Origin: Haliotis rubra
Taxonomy: Eukaryota
Reading direction: 5' to 3'
Assembly (NCBI RefSeq): GCF_003918875.1
Contig: NW_025766984.1
Coordinates: forward strand, 930,001 to 994,000
Length of the DNA: 64,000 nucleotides
The notes under the pieces were generated by a model. The model ran no database searches. It was given only the letters and a program-made list of their open reading frames with translations, and had not been told where the DNA came from. Positions within the stretch are counted from its first letter, which is position 1. Every line of letters begins with the position of its first letter. Made by a program: the position numbers and the translations under genes. Positions 48,501 to 61,485 of the stretch are shown piece by piece.

Positions 48501-51500
48501 TAAAACAACTTCAGTCAAAGTCATTGTGAAATATACAGTCAGACACTGGGAACGGCGGGTTGTAGACTTCTGTCTGACCGTTAGACAAATCTGCCGGATT
48601 TGTCAGAGGGTCAGACACTATTCGTGAACACTGTACACAACCTTTAAAGGTGCCCTGTACACGACTAAAAATTTACGCGACAGTCCATCTTTAATTGGAA
48701 AAAGTATTGTCAAAAAAGTTTTACTTTCATCATTTTTATAACAAAATTTGATTACAACTACCTGATATCTGAAAATATATTTGAACTGTGTATGGTTTTA
48801 ATAAGTACTCAACTTCATCCAATTCATCAAAGTACAAAGGTGAAAACAGAATATTAATAATAACAAAATCAACTTTGTCCACAGGAAATAATGTCAAGTG
48901 ACCAGTTTTGCTTTGCATAATCAACAGAAATTGGCACACACTGTATCAATGATGAGAGGTACATCATTCTTGCCAGTCTTGTGACTATCTCACTTTATTA
49001 CCAGTACCAAGGGTTCACATCTCATTAGTGATCTCTGGCTTTCACGATAACATGCCCCTGAATGATGGTCTGTATACAAATAAAATGCCCCCATCCTGAC
49101 TTTAGAGACACTAAATATTTGTAATTAGTTGAGTCTTCTGTCAGTCAGTTGCTTATTGTGAATAACAACATTAACTTAAATAAGTGTTTGTTTGCAGTTA
49201 AAATACCTACCTTTGTTATCAAGTTTCTGTAAGTTTGGCAGAGTTTTCAAGACAGTCATGCGGTAGTTTTCTCCTGCTGCACATGGATTCTCAGACAGCC
49301 ATAACACTCGCAGTTTGGGTAACTTCTTTAAATATTGGATGTCTGTTAGACATTTTACATTATTTTTTCTAATGTACAATTCTTGAAGGTTTGGGCAATG
49401 TGCAAAATCCCTCAAAGTGTCGACTTCATTGACACTGAAAAGTAAAAATACACTGTATAAACCTTATAGAAGGTTGATTTGTGTGGGGAAAATAAAATGT
49501 AATATATAGCATATTTACAAGTAAAACAGGAAAATATAATTCCTTAGCTACCTTCTCATCTGTAACAATAATTTAAGGTGGAATCCCATGACCATATAAC
49601 CTCACTCATTTAACAACAAATGATAAAACTCAATTACATGAACCTTATTTCACAAAGCGATCAAAGCACTAGTAATACTTGAAGCCCATGTCAAAGTTTG
49701 GGAGTTACGGTAACCTTTGTACTAAGACAGATTTGTGGAGCAAGACCAGTATTCAAAACATCATGAACATGATGAAAGAGCCATGTATATGTATTAAGAA
49801 CTAGTATGTGTATTCAAATCAGGAAATAGAAGCACCTTAAGCTGCAGACTTCCAGACTTGGCATCTGGCGGACAATACTGACATCTTTGATGCTGGAACC
49901 CCTACAACAGAATAAGAAACATATCACAGAGTGAATGAATCGGAGCTCAATCATGGTGATGAGCAATATCATAACATGGTGTGCGTCCTCAATGTAATCT
50001 TGTAGTTACAGCTGTTACAACTGTCAGTAATTCTCCAAACCTTGCTTCACATCTGTCTTGTAACTTATTTTTAATGCTATATTTGATGTAATGCCACAGA
50101 ATAAGCCCAATAATGTAGAAATTTTCAATACCTATTTACTAAATATCAGCTATGCATTTTATGTCAGGTGCCATATTATGGGAGTCTTAGACAGCCACTC
50201 ATGCAAATAAAAACACATGTTGGGTATTCTTATATACTTTACTGTTCTCACATTTCCAGTTGCATTTATTCTTAACTTTCTCTCAAAAATAGTGAGTTGG
50301 ATGAACTTGTTTCATGTCAAATTTTTGGTCACAGGAATTGAAAACCAAACCACTTTTACTCACTACACTTCATCAGTAATGATTTAAAAGCCAACTAGAG
50401 ATGGAGCGATTGATTGATTAATTGATGGGATCAGGAGACTAATCAAAATGTTTACAAAATGACACATTAAATTAAACTTTAGAAGGTATGTTTCTTAATG
50501 CTATCTTTGTAGGGGTGAAACGGTCATTGTATTAAACATTTTAAACCTCTCCTAAAATGTCTAGAAATCGAATCAATTGGTCAAAATCTATGCATTTCTT
50601 TGTTTGACGGATGCTATTTTCCTGGAAGTAAGTTAGAGATCGCCTCAAGTCGTCTACTTACAAAGTCAGCAAGACAGCAACTGCAGATACCAGATCAGTA
50701 GCTGGGTTCTGTTTCTTTTTCAGTTATTTCAAATAAGATGAACAATGGAACATCGTAATAACTTATTGAAGTCAACTTTATCATAAAAACACGCAATCAG
50801 CCGGGTACTTATGATGTTTGCTGTGATGCAACACACGGTGAGTCAATACTTCTGCACCATCGGAAAACGTATGATGTCAGAAAACTCATAATAAAACAAT
50901 CTTCCACGATTTCATTTTATTTGATTAAATTTAATCCCATTTTCATTCATTAAAACTGTTTACAGTAACAGCGGAGAAAACTTGTGTGAAATGACATCAC
51001 CCCATTCTATAAGCGGACCACAGCCGCTTACCTTCTTCATATGGGTCCCGCTTTTCGCCCCTACCACGATAGCACCAATTTCACATTATTCTCAGTAATC
51101 ACGAACAGACTACCTCCTCGTCATCCATGGACCCCAAGACCCGCGTTATTGACTTATTGAAGTCATATTTCACAATTAATTGCCAACATTTTGTTTTTAC
51201 AATCAAAGTGGTAGGAACCGCGGGAAGTCAACAGTGACTTGTCAAACTGTCTCATACGTAAAATGTATCCTGCCACCTAACCCAAAGTGCTGGACCTACT
51301 GGCAGTATGTTAATTATTATGTTAAATATGTTCGTAGAAAACATGCATATTACTAATACCATATACGATATATATTATCTCTGTTATAATAACTGTTTGA
51401 GATATAACTAATCTGATAATGGAATAGAAATTCTTTGATGTTATATTTTCAGATCGTTTTTAAAAATATCCCCGGTATATTGGAGCAAAAATTGAGTACT

Positions 51501-54500
51501 CAGGTTATTTCCAGCTTAGTTGAATAACAGGTAGCATAACAGGAACGACAACTGAATTATCATGTCTAGTGATGTTTAATTTGATTGCAGGTTTCCAATA
51601 CACATATTTATTTTCATTTAAAAAGTTTGTTTTTCACCTCCGACGATTTTGACTGGGCACAATACATGAAATAGCAGTTCTGTTATGTCCATGGAAAATA
51701 CAATTTTACATGGCCTTTATTCCGGTTATGTATAACGCGGGTGTCTCTCATAACTCCGGGGGTCATCCATGGACCTCAAGACCAGTGTTATGGGGAGGGA
51801 TGACTGTAATTATGGGTATGGATTTTGTGGCTTTCCAATCACATTTCTGAAGTATTATGTTTGTTTGTTGTTGCTACCATCTCATTACAAGCTATATCAG
51901 AACAATGAACATTTAACGACCATTAAAAAGAGAAATGCTCAGCATTCTCAAGGTAAACATATTTCTTTCAGAAAGGAGAAATACATTTCTGAGTGAAACT
52001 TAAAAGATATTTTGACTTAATTTGAAAACAGAATAAAACAAAATTCTGGAATGTGCCAAGATTGTGTAGCAATACTTCCCAAGGACTGTGGAAAGTCTCT
52101 AAATGCTTAACCGACTGAAACGACAGAAATTGATTTAGAGCAAGGACAATGATCTGTCACACAAACTGTAACTGTTTTATGACAACTGGGTTGTGCTAAT
52201 TTGTTTAATTTATTTATCTGTGATATGTCATCAACAGAGTCACATTCGACAAGATCTGATTTGTCTATTGTTTTGTGTTGTTATTTTAACATTAACATTT
52301 CTGGTGATTTCACTGCAGAAAATGCTGATGTGATGTTAGTGACTTTTAATCATACTTGGCTACTTGCTATTTTTCAGCACAGCTGTGAGCTTCAAGGTTC
52401 CAGTGATACTTTAGTTCTTCTATCTTGTCATGAAATGACAGTTTTATTCATTCAAAATAACAAAGATGATGGTTATTTTTTTCCATGTTATTAAACAATG
52501 AAAGGTTCGGCTCTTGTTGTCAATTTTCTGCATTATGATCATATCTCATTTACCGAACCGAAACGGACCGAACCGAAGACCTTGTATCGCAATACATACT
52601 GTACCGTGGTAAGAAAAGAAGAAAGAAGTTGGGGAATGGAAGGAACTCTTTCCTTTTGTCTGTTTGTTCAGATTGAAGAAATTAATTAATGGTCACATGC
52701 AACCAAAAAATCAAACATAATTAAAACACAATTATCACTTATTCATGACATATAATATACATTGCTGATGATGAAAAAACATAAACAAAAATTTTAAGCC
52801 TACAATCGCAAATCAAAAGTGCAATATTTTGTACTTGGGTTTACTTCCCTCAAAACAAAGCACCCGGGATACTGAACCCAGTCAAAGCGGGTGGTTGTGC
52901 ACTCAAGTGTAACGTCTGGTTCATTTGCAGATGCCCTCACGGCTCATTGCGTGTGTATATTTAGAAATGTTGGATTTTGTAAATACATGCTCATTTTTTG
53001 TGTATAACATTTTGCAATCAACAGACATCATAACATATCATGTGTACAAGTATCACACCTGCCTGTCTGTGTAATTACATAATGTGACAGAGACCGAACT
53101 CGGGCCATAAATTAATGCGTTTTGTTTATGGTGTATAGCCTGATAGGTGTTAAGTTCAAATTGCATGTGATCAGTGATCGAAGTTGTGTATTGAATATTG
53201 TCATTAGCAGACAGGCAGGTAGACACATAGGTGTCAATTAAACAGACATTGAGTTTTGTCTGTGACGACATATCTATATCACAGTTAGAAATTCTGTCAA
53301 CGCTAAATAATGACATTGCTTTTAAGTATCGAACTGTGGTGAAATAGACAAATGAAATTATATAAACAGTTAAATCGGTAATCTACTGTTATAACATATA
53401 AAAAGCTCGCGCCTGTGAAATATCAACAAAACATTAGAAAAATAGCTCACATCAAAGCCTTCACCAAGTAACCACCGCCAGTGAAGGTTTTCCATCTTGA
53501 AATGTTTAACGCCTCACTGGTTGACACATAGCTGAGTAGATCTAGATCCTAACAAGGTTCTTTTATGTAATGAGTAGATTTTTTACTATTTGTTTTGATT
53601 AGACTACTCCTGCTCACGACCTTATAATCCGGACATCCCGCTTCCAAGCTGCGCAAACCTATTTCACTGCGAATGTGCTTTGAGCACAGCTCAGCACAGC
53701 TGTTGAAACCAATTTAGTGAATCGTTTGAACTCCGATTTCGCAGGGATTTTTTCATCCTTTATATATTTCAACTTTATAAGTTGAATTTGCATTTTTGAT
53801 GATTTGTATCAGTAAGTCCATACCAAAAGGTATCAGAATCTGCAAAGTTGTGTTTTACATTGCATGTGACCTTTAACATGCGCCCTTTGGTATGTATGTA
53901 ATACTGTAAAAACTGCTTCAAAATTTAGGTCTGCTGTCGTTACAAGTGACAGTTAATGAGTCCTACATGGTAGTGTTGGGAATTGGTTAAAATCTTATAA
54001 TTTATGATTGGTTCATTACAACCGATCAATCATCCAAAATAGTTGGTTAGCATTATTTATCAAATTGTCCTGGTTATGTTTGTTAATGTACACAAAAAAA
54101 CAAAAACATGTAGTTCTTTCGGTTGTTTTGGCAAATTTCATGTCTTTTAAGGATGACTAATATGTTAAGAACATAAATTTCCTGGAGTCTTCAAGATAAA
54201 TTTTAATCGTGACTTGGAACGAGCTTTTAGTGCTTATGAAATGCAACAAACAAAACCAACCTGGTGATAAATATTGTCAATGCAAACAAGTGTTCAAAAA
54301 TTGTTTGTGTTCGATTATGACAAAATGTGATCGATTGCTTGGTCGTTTAGTCATTACGACCAATCTTCGATTATTTCAATCAATTGGACCACCACTACTA
54401 CATGGAGATGTTAAAGAACTAAATAAAGGATCAGTACCTTTTAACATCCAATACTAGTTCAGGGTCTTCTTATACACGGTACATCATCACACCAATTCCG

Positions 54501-54867
54501 CCAAGTCTAATGATGGTAACTGTCTGTAGTGGATCTATCCTTTCCATACAATATAGACATTGTGGCCTCATGATGACCACTCTTTCGCCTAGAAACAAGG
54601 GCTGTGGATACCACATCACAACGATGCTGGACTCAAGACTGGCAGCTAGAGGTTCGTCGCCAGTTGTACTGTCAGTGACAGTAGTGACAGTGTCACTACT
54701 GTAGTGAGTAGTGTCAGAGGGTTGACATGAACGCATTTATAAAATTCGGAGCGACAGTCCACTTACCAACAGTTTAGTTTGCATACGCTGTCAAGATCTG
54801 TGGCCCGGGTTCTAGCTAATACCAATGCTTCAGTCAGTTTTCCTGTGTACTTTTCCGTAAGTGCCAT
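42578..54867 (-). CDS. CFAP410: Cilia- and flagella-associated protein 410 (C21orf2/LRRC76), 347 aa. Coding exons 54867-54767, 49901-49836, 49434-49211, 47842-47386, 43875-43785, 42682-42578
   Basis: GT-AG introns in consistent phase, 1044 nt. N-terminal LRR/LRRCT region KLTEALVLARTRATDLDSVCKLNCWGS...LQELYIRKN...LPKLRVLWLSENPC...YRMTVLKTLPNLQKLDN and conserved C-terminal helix NILQSVLLLVRELDRDSLEVV. Confidence 0.93.
42870..43117 (-). mobile_element. Short retroposon family B (no tRNA head, ~245 bp), TSD TCTGGGACA(T/C)AGA
   Basis: 5' ACCCGTGAAGGTCCGGGTTAGAA..AACCCATGCTCGTCGCAAGAGGCGACTAA; the 3' tail is shared with family A. Confidence 0.85.
43998..44147 (-). mobile_element. SINE family A, diverged copy
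   Basis: CCAGAAATGGGCTTCACACATTGTACCCAT core. Confidence 0.8.
45527..46845 (-). mobile_element. Non-autonomous DNA transposon (deletion derivative of a Sailor-like element) in CFAP410 intron 4
   Basis: About 35-bp perfect TIR CTAAAGTACTGTCGGAAATGCTAGAAAAATGCTTT at both ends. Internal ORF 46163-46450 (RTCRAVGMS...GRKTILDNFDKGVLRR) resembles the N-terminus of the 33.7-35.0 kb transposase. Confidence 0.8.
46953..47115 (-). mobile_element. SINE family A, sitting between two copies of a ~260-bp duplication
   Basis: Full-length copy. Confidence 0.88.
48301..48633. mobile_element. MITE family C, copy 1 (6-bp TSD TACACA)
   Basis: TIR CAGTGTTCACGAAT; highly similar over its full length to 58628-58963. 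Confidence 0.88.
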
Positions 54868-56315
54868 AATGAGTAGTGAAAGGCACTTCCAGACTTATCA
54901 AACGATAGACCGGAAGTTTACAATGTGTACCGCACCAATTTACGGGCCGAGGCAACGGCAAATGCTTAAAAATATTGATATTTTATTGTTAGCCTTTATT
55001 ACTATATGATACAGAATATGTACAATTTATTCCGTTCCCAAATAATAGTTTCATTATATTGCGTTCGATTCTATGCGTACGAATGTATGTTTATGAAAAA
55101 CCGGTGAAGAATTAATAAAATGCCCCATAAAATACTGACCCATTTTCCACGACGCCTGTCTTTCCCACCCTTATTGCAGATACTCGCTTTTAAGGAGTGA
55201 ATATTTGCCGCATAACACTGTACGACCTACTGTCCCAAACATTCACGAAAATACAAGAAAGAACGTAATCAAGATATGCATATGCAGGGTTTTACCTTGA
55301 CCAACAAAATTGGAGTCCGTACGTGAAATACGAGGGTCCTATAGAGTGATGAAATGATGTAGTAGTCTGTAGTGTAAGTTTTACTGATTTCTTTAATTAC
55401 AAGAACTTTATATTTCTTGTCACGAATATTAAACAGTAAGCATTTTGTGCATGCCAAGGGACACAGTATATGTAATTTTCTGTGTCCATTCTATACATTT
55501 ATGCGTATATTAAGGGGCACATTTCTGCGTCGCGTAAAACCCTACTGATAACCTGGCCTGTTCAGATAAAACCGATCGTGTATATGTAAAGACTTAAATT
55601 TACTCTTTGAAAGAAGAAACTGAAAAACATTTAATATCCATCTAAAAAGGTATGCATTCATACCGGGAGCATACATAACTCCTTCATATAGAACCCTTCA
55701 TTCGTGATTTCCTCGCACACTGAATTGATGTAGGCAGAGACCATATAATAGATCTATTATATGTTCTCTGATGTAGGGTGGTGGATGGTCCATGTTTGAA
55801 GGTACAGTTATTTTTTCATATCATTGAAAATTAAGCGTGCCATTTACTAATGGTTCATTTTTATTATTGGTTCATTTTTATTATTTAAAAAAAAAAAAAA
55901 AAAAGCTTTTTATTCAGGCAAAGGCGTCACGTGGATTATTTAGAATCTCTTTAATATATATCCTTTTTCGATTCTGTATCTCTCCGCCAATATTATTTCT
56001 TTGTTTGTTCTCGCATAATAAATACCATATAGAAATCGTTACCAAATCATTACACAGAATAAGTTAGTAGTTAATTCAACTTTTTTTCTGTACGGGATTA
56101 GCCAAGATGTGTCCGTTTGATTGCGTTTCAAATGGGATAATTTTGTACAAACTAGGTCAATGGTGGTGGATATATTTTCACTGTGGGTCGATTTCGGTTT
56201 ACACCGGTCAAGCGCGGCCATTTTAAACCTTCATGGCGGTACTTCTTGCTCCGTGTTTTGATTATTGTTGTCCCGCCGATGATTTCCTTTGATTTATGAG
56301 CGAAAAGTCTCAAGG

Positions 56316-59300
56316 ATGGCGAACAGCCAGTCGATATTAGAAAATATTACCAAAAGGAATTTTGATGGTATTCTTGAAGATACAAAGGTAATCTTGAGTA
56401 GATTTCTTATGCAATCAACCAGCGGCAGTGGGTTATCCCTTCAGCTTTCATATGGAAAAGCCGTCTGCCTATCACGATAGATCTATTTCCCCTATCAAAA
56501 TGGGCCCTCAAAATGAAAAACAACTGCGGCAGTTTGGAGGCTAGCTTCATGGGTGCTTCGATCTGAATGATAAAACATTCTGTATTGTATTGAATTAGAC
56601 TAGAGTATCACATATCACAACTGTCATGTATAACTATTCGATATAAAAGTTGGGAAACATTTCCTACGTTCAGTCATGATTTAATATGATAATGATGATA
56701 TCTACATTATCACGATCAGTTTTGATCCTTTTACCGATTCATGTTTCATCAGTGTAATCTTGAGCCAAGCGAATTTCTTAATACTTAGAGGTAAAGAAAA
56801 ACTGTTACTAGTTTACGAGGCATCACAATTCTTTTCAATGAACTATTCAGAAGAAATGAAACTTTACTATGTGACCAAGTTTGATTTTTTTAACAAATCA
56901 GCTTACATGAAACAGTCATGGCATAACCCTATGTCTTTCTAACATTATTGACATGGTTGAATCGGGATACCTTTCTGGTGTAGCCTATAATGGCTGCCGA
57001 ACAGTTGTCGCTGCATAACAGTTATCGCCAATACATCTGTATTGCGTGTGTACAGTTTTGGTCAATTACACTTTTGGTATTTTTCCCACAGTATTTGACA
57101 ACAATAAAGGACAGGAAAATATAATTTTTCATGGCAAGTAACATAAGAGATAAATTAAAGATACAGTTATGAACCGTATACAATTATTTAACTTAGTCGG
57201 GGGGTGGGAAGGGATGTCACACGATCTATATCAGTGTAGGAAAGATAGCCCGTCCCAACGTCCGAGACGGATGAATTTTGTGGAGGACGGGTTAAAAAAA
57301 TATCTAGTCCATCCTCATGTCGGGTCAATTTTAGCAAACCAATGACATATATATAATGATTATAACCTTTTTGAATATTTACTGCCGAAGGTGTTTTATT
57401 TATATTTGGAGAACAGGCTAGATTTTGGCAGGACTGGTAAAAAATTTGACCTGCCAGTCCTGTGGACAGGCTAGATTTTCTACATCTTTCCTACACTGTC
57501 TATATGATAGCAAGTTCAAGTTCACTAACATCATTATTTGTTTAATTCCCTACCAATCTACTGTTAAAAAACAATTCAACTAGTCACACAATTATTGAGG
57601 TTACTTTGTGATATAAATATATATTATTTCACGAATGTCATGAATTCTGGTGATAACTGTTACAGTTAATTGTGAGGAAACACCTATTTGTACTGCCATG
57701 ATTCCCTTCCACCGCATTATATAAAAACATGGTCTGCGGCATCAAATTATAATATAATGGCGATAACTGTTGGGCATCCAGTGTATTTGTTAACAAAATT
57801 TGTGCATACATTTGGAAAAAAGTTTCATTTTAATCATGCTCATGTTTACACGGAAAAGGTAAAAAAAGTCACTTGTGGGTATTGGCAATAATTGCTGATC
57901 ACTAATAACTCGTGACAAAATGTGTTGATTCATGTTGTGTTTTTCTGTATTGATTTATAAAATATAATGTATATTATGAGTGCAAGTCATGTAAGTCAAA
58001 CACAAATTGGTTGTTTATGGAACAATGAGAATTGTTGGCCTTTGATTAAAGACTTTTGTTTTGCAATCAGTAGTGATGACATTTGCTGACATTCAAGATG
58101 AATGTTTGCATATTTCTTGAAGGGTTTTCATTAAATCCATTAATAGTTGTGTCAACTTTTATGTTTGACGTGTTGATTATGTTTATGCATGTTGTACCCT
58201 TGCACAAAGGCTTACAGGTAGTAGTAATATTACTCATGATGTCACTTGCTTCTTTCTTATATATTGTTTGGTATGGCCAAACATTGAATCTATTTTTTCC
58301 CTACCACTTGTGCTATAGGAATACCTGTCAAGTATACTAACTGCAAAGGGCAAAGCAAAAAATGGTGACTTGAAAGAGAAAGGAATGTTTGCAGTTAAAT
58401 TTCTGCATTCCGCCGTTGCTGTTCTTGGAAATGATGTTCCCGAAAACCTCATCGCAGCAGTGCATGTTTGTTGTCACGGTTACCAGACTGCTAGGGACAG
58501 CATTAAATTACAAGATGAACTGACTGTACCAAAACTTGTGTACCATATCTTGAACAAGCTTGTGCAAGAGGTGAGCCAAAAGAAAACGTCTTACTGTGCA
58601 TACAAACAAAATTCTATATTACATTGCCAGTGTTCACGAATGGTGTTTCAAAGTAACAGGACATTGGGTCCTGTAAGTTTCAGATGTCTGTCTGACCCAT
58701 TCAAAATTCACAGGACCCATAGAATAAAATTAAAACACACATTTCATATTTAAAATTTCTTATAACTGGCATTGAAATTTTTAACAAACATAATAAGATT
58801 TATAAAGGGCAAACAAGTGTCACATGTCACATATAACAACTTCAGTGAAAGTCATTGTGAAATATACAGTCTGACACTGGGGCCGGCGGGTTGTAGACTT
58901 CTATCGGACCGTTGTTGGATCTGCCGGATTTGTCAGAGGGTCAGACGCTATTCGTGAACACTGCATTGCATGATTTTTTGTTTTCATTTTTATTCTGTGC
59001 CACTAAATGCAACTCAAGAATGCTCTATTTATATTATTTACATGAAACACTAGATAAAATGAGGTGTTGAGTTGTGGGTTTTGGCTAAAAGGTCTGCATC
59101 TATTATTTTTACAAGCAAGGTTAGATTGTAACAATCATTCACCATGGTAACAGTAACTCAGCTAAGAAAAATGTTTCCTGTTTCCATTACTGTAATCAGT
59201 ATGGTTCATTTGCAGTCAGTGATGGTAATGACACATTTTTAATATTTTTTAGTCATATCCTTGGCAAATGGTTGAAAAGTAACTCTTAACATAAGACTAA

Positions 59301-61454
59301 CACTAGGGACAGTTGTTTATCAACCAATTTTTTTTAATGACAGAGTCACATGGACAACCTGCATCAACTTGGAGTGTTCCTGTACAGCTGCCTCCATGGT
59401 GTGACAACTGAGACACCTGGTGTTAAACCCATTGTAATGAACACCTACAGTCGACTCTGGAACTCCTCAGTCAAACATGAAACTACCGGCAGCAATCCAG
59501 ACTCACTTCTTATCACAACCCAGTTGAGATTTCTTGCTATGAAATTCCTCTTTAAGAAGGAAGTAATTGAAGATTCTGATGTGGAAAAAATTGAAATAGC
59601 TCTTGGCAGGTACATCCATTTAGCAAACAAATTGAAATTGAAAAAGTCTGCAATTCAGACTGATTTGAGACAAGTTTTATGCATTTTTGTCTCCATGTTA
59701 GAAAATGTTTTAACTTTTAACAAGGAAAAGTTTGGTTTGATTGTTATCAAGTCGGTGATTCGAGCTGTGAAGTATCTTTCCCAAAATAAGCTGTTGGCAG
59801 ATGTGCATTGTCTCCTGGAGGTGGTCAGTGAATCAGGGGAAGACAATCACATGGCTGACACAAGCTTGATCCAAGTTGTGACCAGCATACTGACAGTAGT
59901 CAAACAGATGGACACCTTGCTACAAGAAGAATGCAGCGATGATGTCCGTTTTGATGAGGTAGCGTCTGTGTTGATGTCAGCCAATGAGGGTTTGATGACA
60001 GCCACTGATGAATGTCAGGAAGATGGTGGTCGACATTTGGTCGTCCTGGAGTTGTGTCAGGTGCTGATGATGCAGCTGAAGCCAGTGCCCCTGACTGTCA
60101 ATCTGTCTGTTGGTCTGATGGAGGCGGTCCGAATGACCATGACTTTGTATCTACACTTTCTCGAATCGGAGTGGCGATTGATTGGCGATGCAGGAACACC
60201 CTCGACTGGACTGAAACGAGATCAGATTGAGAGGAACATGCTGGATGCTTTTCATGTCAAGTTCCAGATGTTTTACAAGTTGTCTCAAGCTGTTACTGGT
60301 AAGAGTACTTGAGATTCACTTCTGTATTGAATCATGTTGTCTTTAACATGTTTATCGATAGTACTTCAAGTTGCAATTGTTTGATTGTTGCTTGATGCCA
60401 CAGTCAGAACTGCTCAAGCTGTAAGACAGTTGGCTACAAATTCAAGACAGTCCAGTGATTGACATCATGAGCATCTGTCATTGCCAACCTGTGAAGATCC
60501 GGTTTAGAATTGATTTTCAGTAACCCATGCTTGTCGTAAGAGGCGGCTAAGGGGATCAGGTGGTCAGACTCGCTGACTTGGTTAACACATGTCATCGGTT
60601 CCCAAATGCGTAGATCGATGCTTGTGCTGTTGATCACTGGATTGTCTGGACCAGACTCGATTAATTACAGATCACCGCCATATAGCTGGAATATTGCTGA
60701 GTGCGGCTTAAACTAAACTCACTCGCTGTCATTGCCATTGGGATTCAACACTAACCACCCCATCCCATTAGTTGCTCTCTTAAGAGATGCATGTGTTGTT
60801 GACGATCAATTCTAAACCAAATCTTCACAGGGGGGTTCAAACGAATTCTGTCCTGAGTGTCTGTGCACAAGATGATAGGATAATTGTCAACCCCTGTGTG
60901 TTTGTTGTTTTCAGACGATGAAGAACTGGAGGCTTTGTTGGATGAGTGTCTGGAAGCTGTTGTTCTCTATCTCAATGTGCTGGGTGTTGTGGAATCAGAT
61001 AAGACACACTTTGATGACAAATACTACTTTGGTATGTTGACACCATTTCAGAATTAAATTTATAATTCTTTAAACAAAAATGTATTGATTTTTGTTTACT
61101 TGTCAGGTGCACATCTTATGCAAGGCATATTTAATAATAACATGTTCGGAGTCCAGTTTCAAGTATTCAAAGGGCGTCATGAATACGATGTACATGGAGG
61201 AATGAAGTTTATACAGCCTATTACAAGTCACTGAAGAAGGACTTATGATGATTATGCTACGACTATTGTTACTCGCAGACATGTTACCATTATACATCTC
61301 GTGGGTTGCAGGCTACCTAATGGTGAAGTTTGGTCACTTCTGCTACAACCGCAGTCTGGACAAGCAAGCCACAGAGTTCTATCGCAATACTTGTCAGCAG
61401 CTCACGGAGTGGTGCTTCTCAGACGCTGACAAGAAACAGGCTCGCATTGAAGAG
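56316..61454 (+). CDS. ESPL1: Probable separase (separin) N-terminal helical region, 5' part only. Exons 56316-56387, 58319-58570, 59344-60298, 60915-61031, 61279-61454; gene continues beyond the window
   Basis: Five GT-AG exons join in frame (about 524 codons, no stop). The segment VHVCCHGYQ...TVPKLVYHILNKLVQESHMDNLHQLGVFLYSCL resembles the human separase N-terminus (AELACDGYL...LERILFVLLRN...LAQPLHACL). The catalytic C50 domain is not in the window, so the identity is moderate while the coding status is strong. Confidence 0.62.
57232..57498. mobile_element. MITE with TIR CAGTGTAGGAAAGAT and 7-bp TSD TCTATAT; a similar CAGTGT-ended element lies at 25969-26182
   Basis: The inverted termini and flanking direct repeat are visible in the sequence. 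Confidence 0.75.
58628..58963. mobile_element. MITE family C, copy 2 (6-bp TSD CATTGC)
   Basis: Same TIR and body as 48301-48633; CATTGC at 58622-58627 and 58964-58969. Confidence 0.88.
60487..60725 (+). mobile_element. Short retroposon family B, 12-bp TSD CTGTCATTGCCA, nested in an older antisense family-B copy (~60390-60830)
   Basis: Full-length copy with a perfect TSD; the flanks are the two halves of a degenerate opposite-strand copy. Confidence 0.88.
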
Positions 61455-61485
61455 GTTGGTTGGTAACTTGTAATCTATTCTAATA

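Noticed and set aside
59350-60312. 320-aa ORF as a standalone gene
   Set aside because: It is bounded by an acceptor (59343) and a donor (60299) in phase with neighbouring exons, so it is an internal exon.
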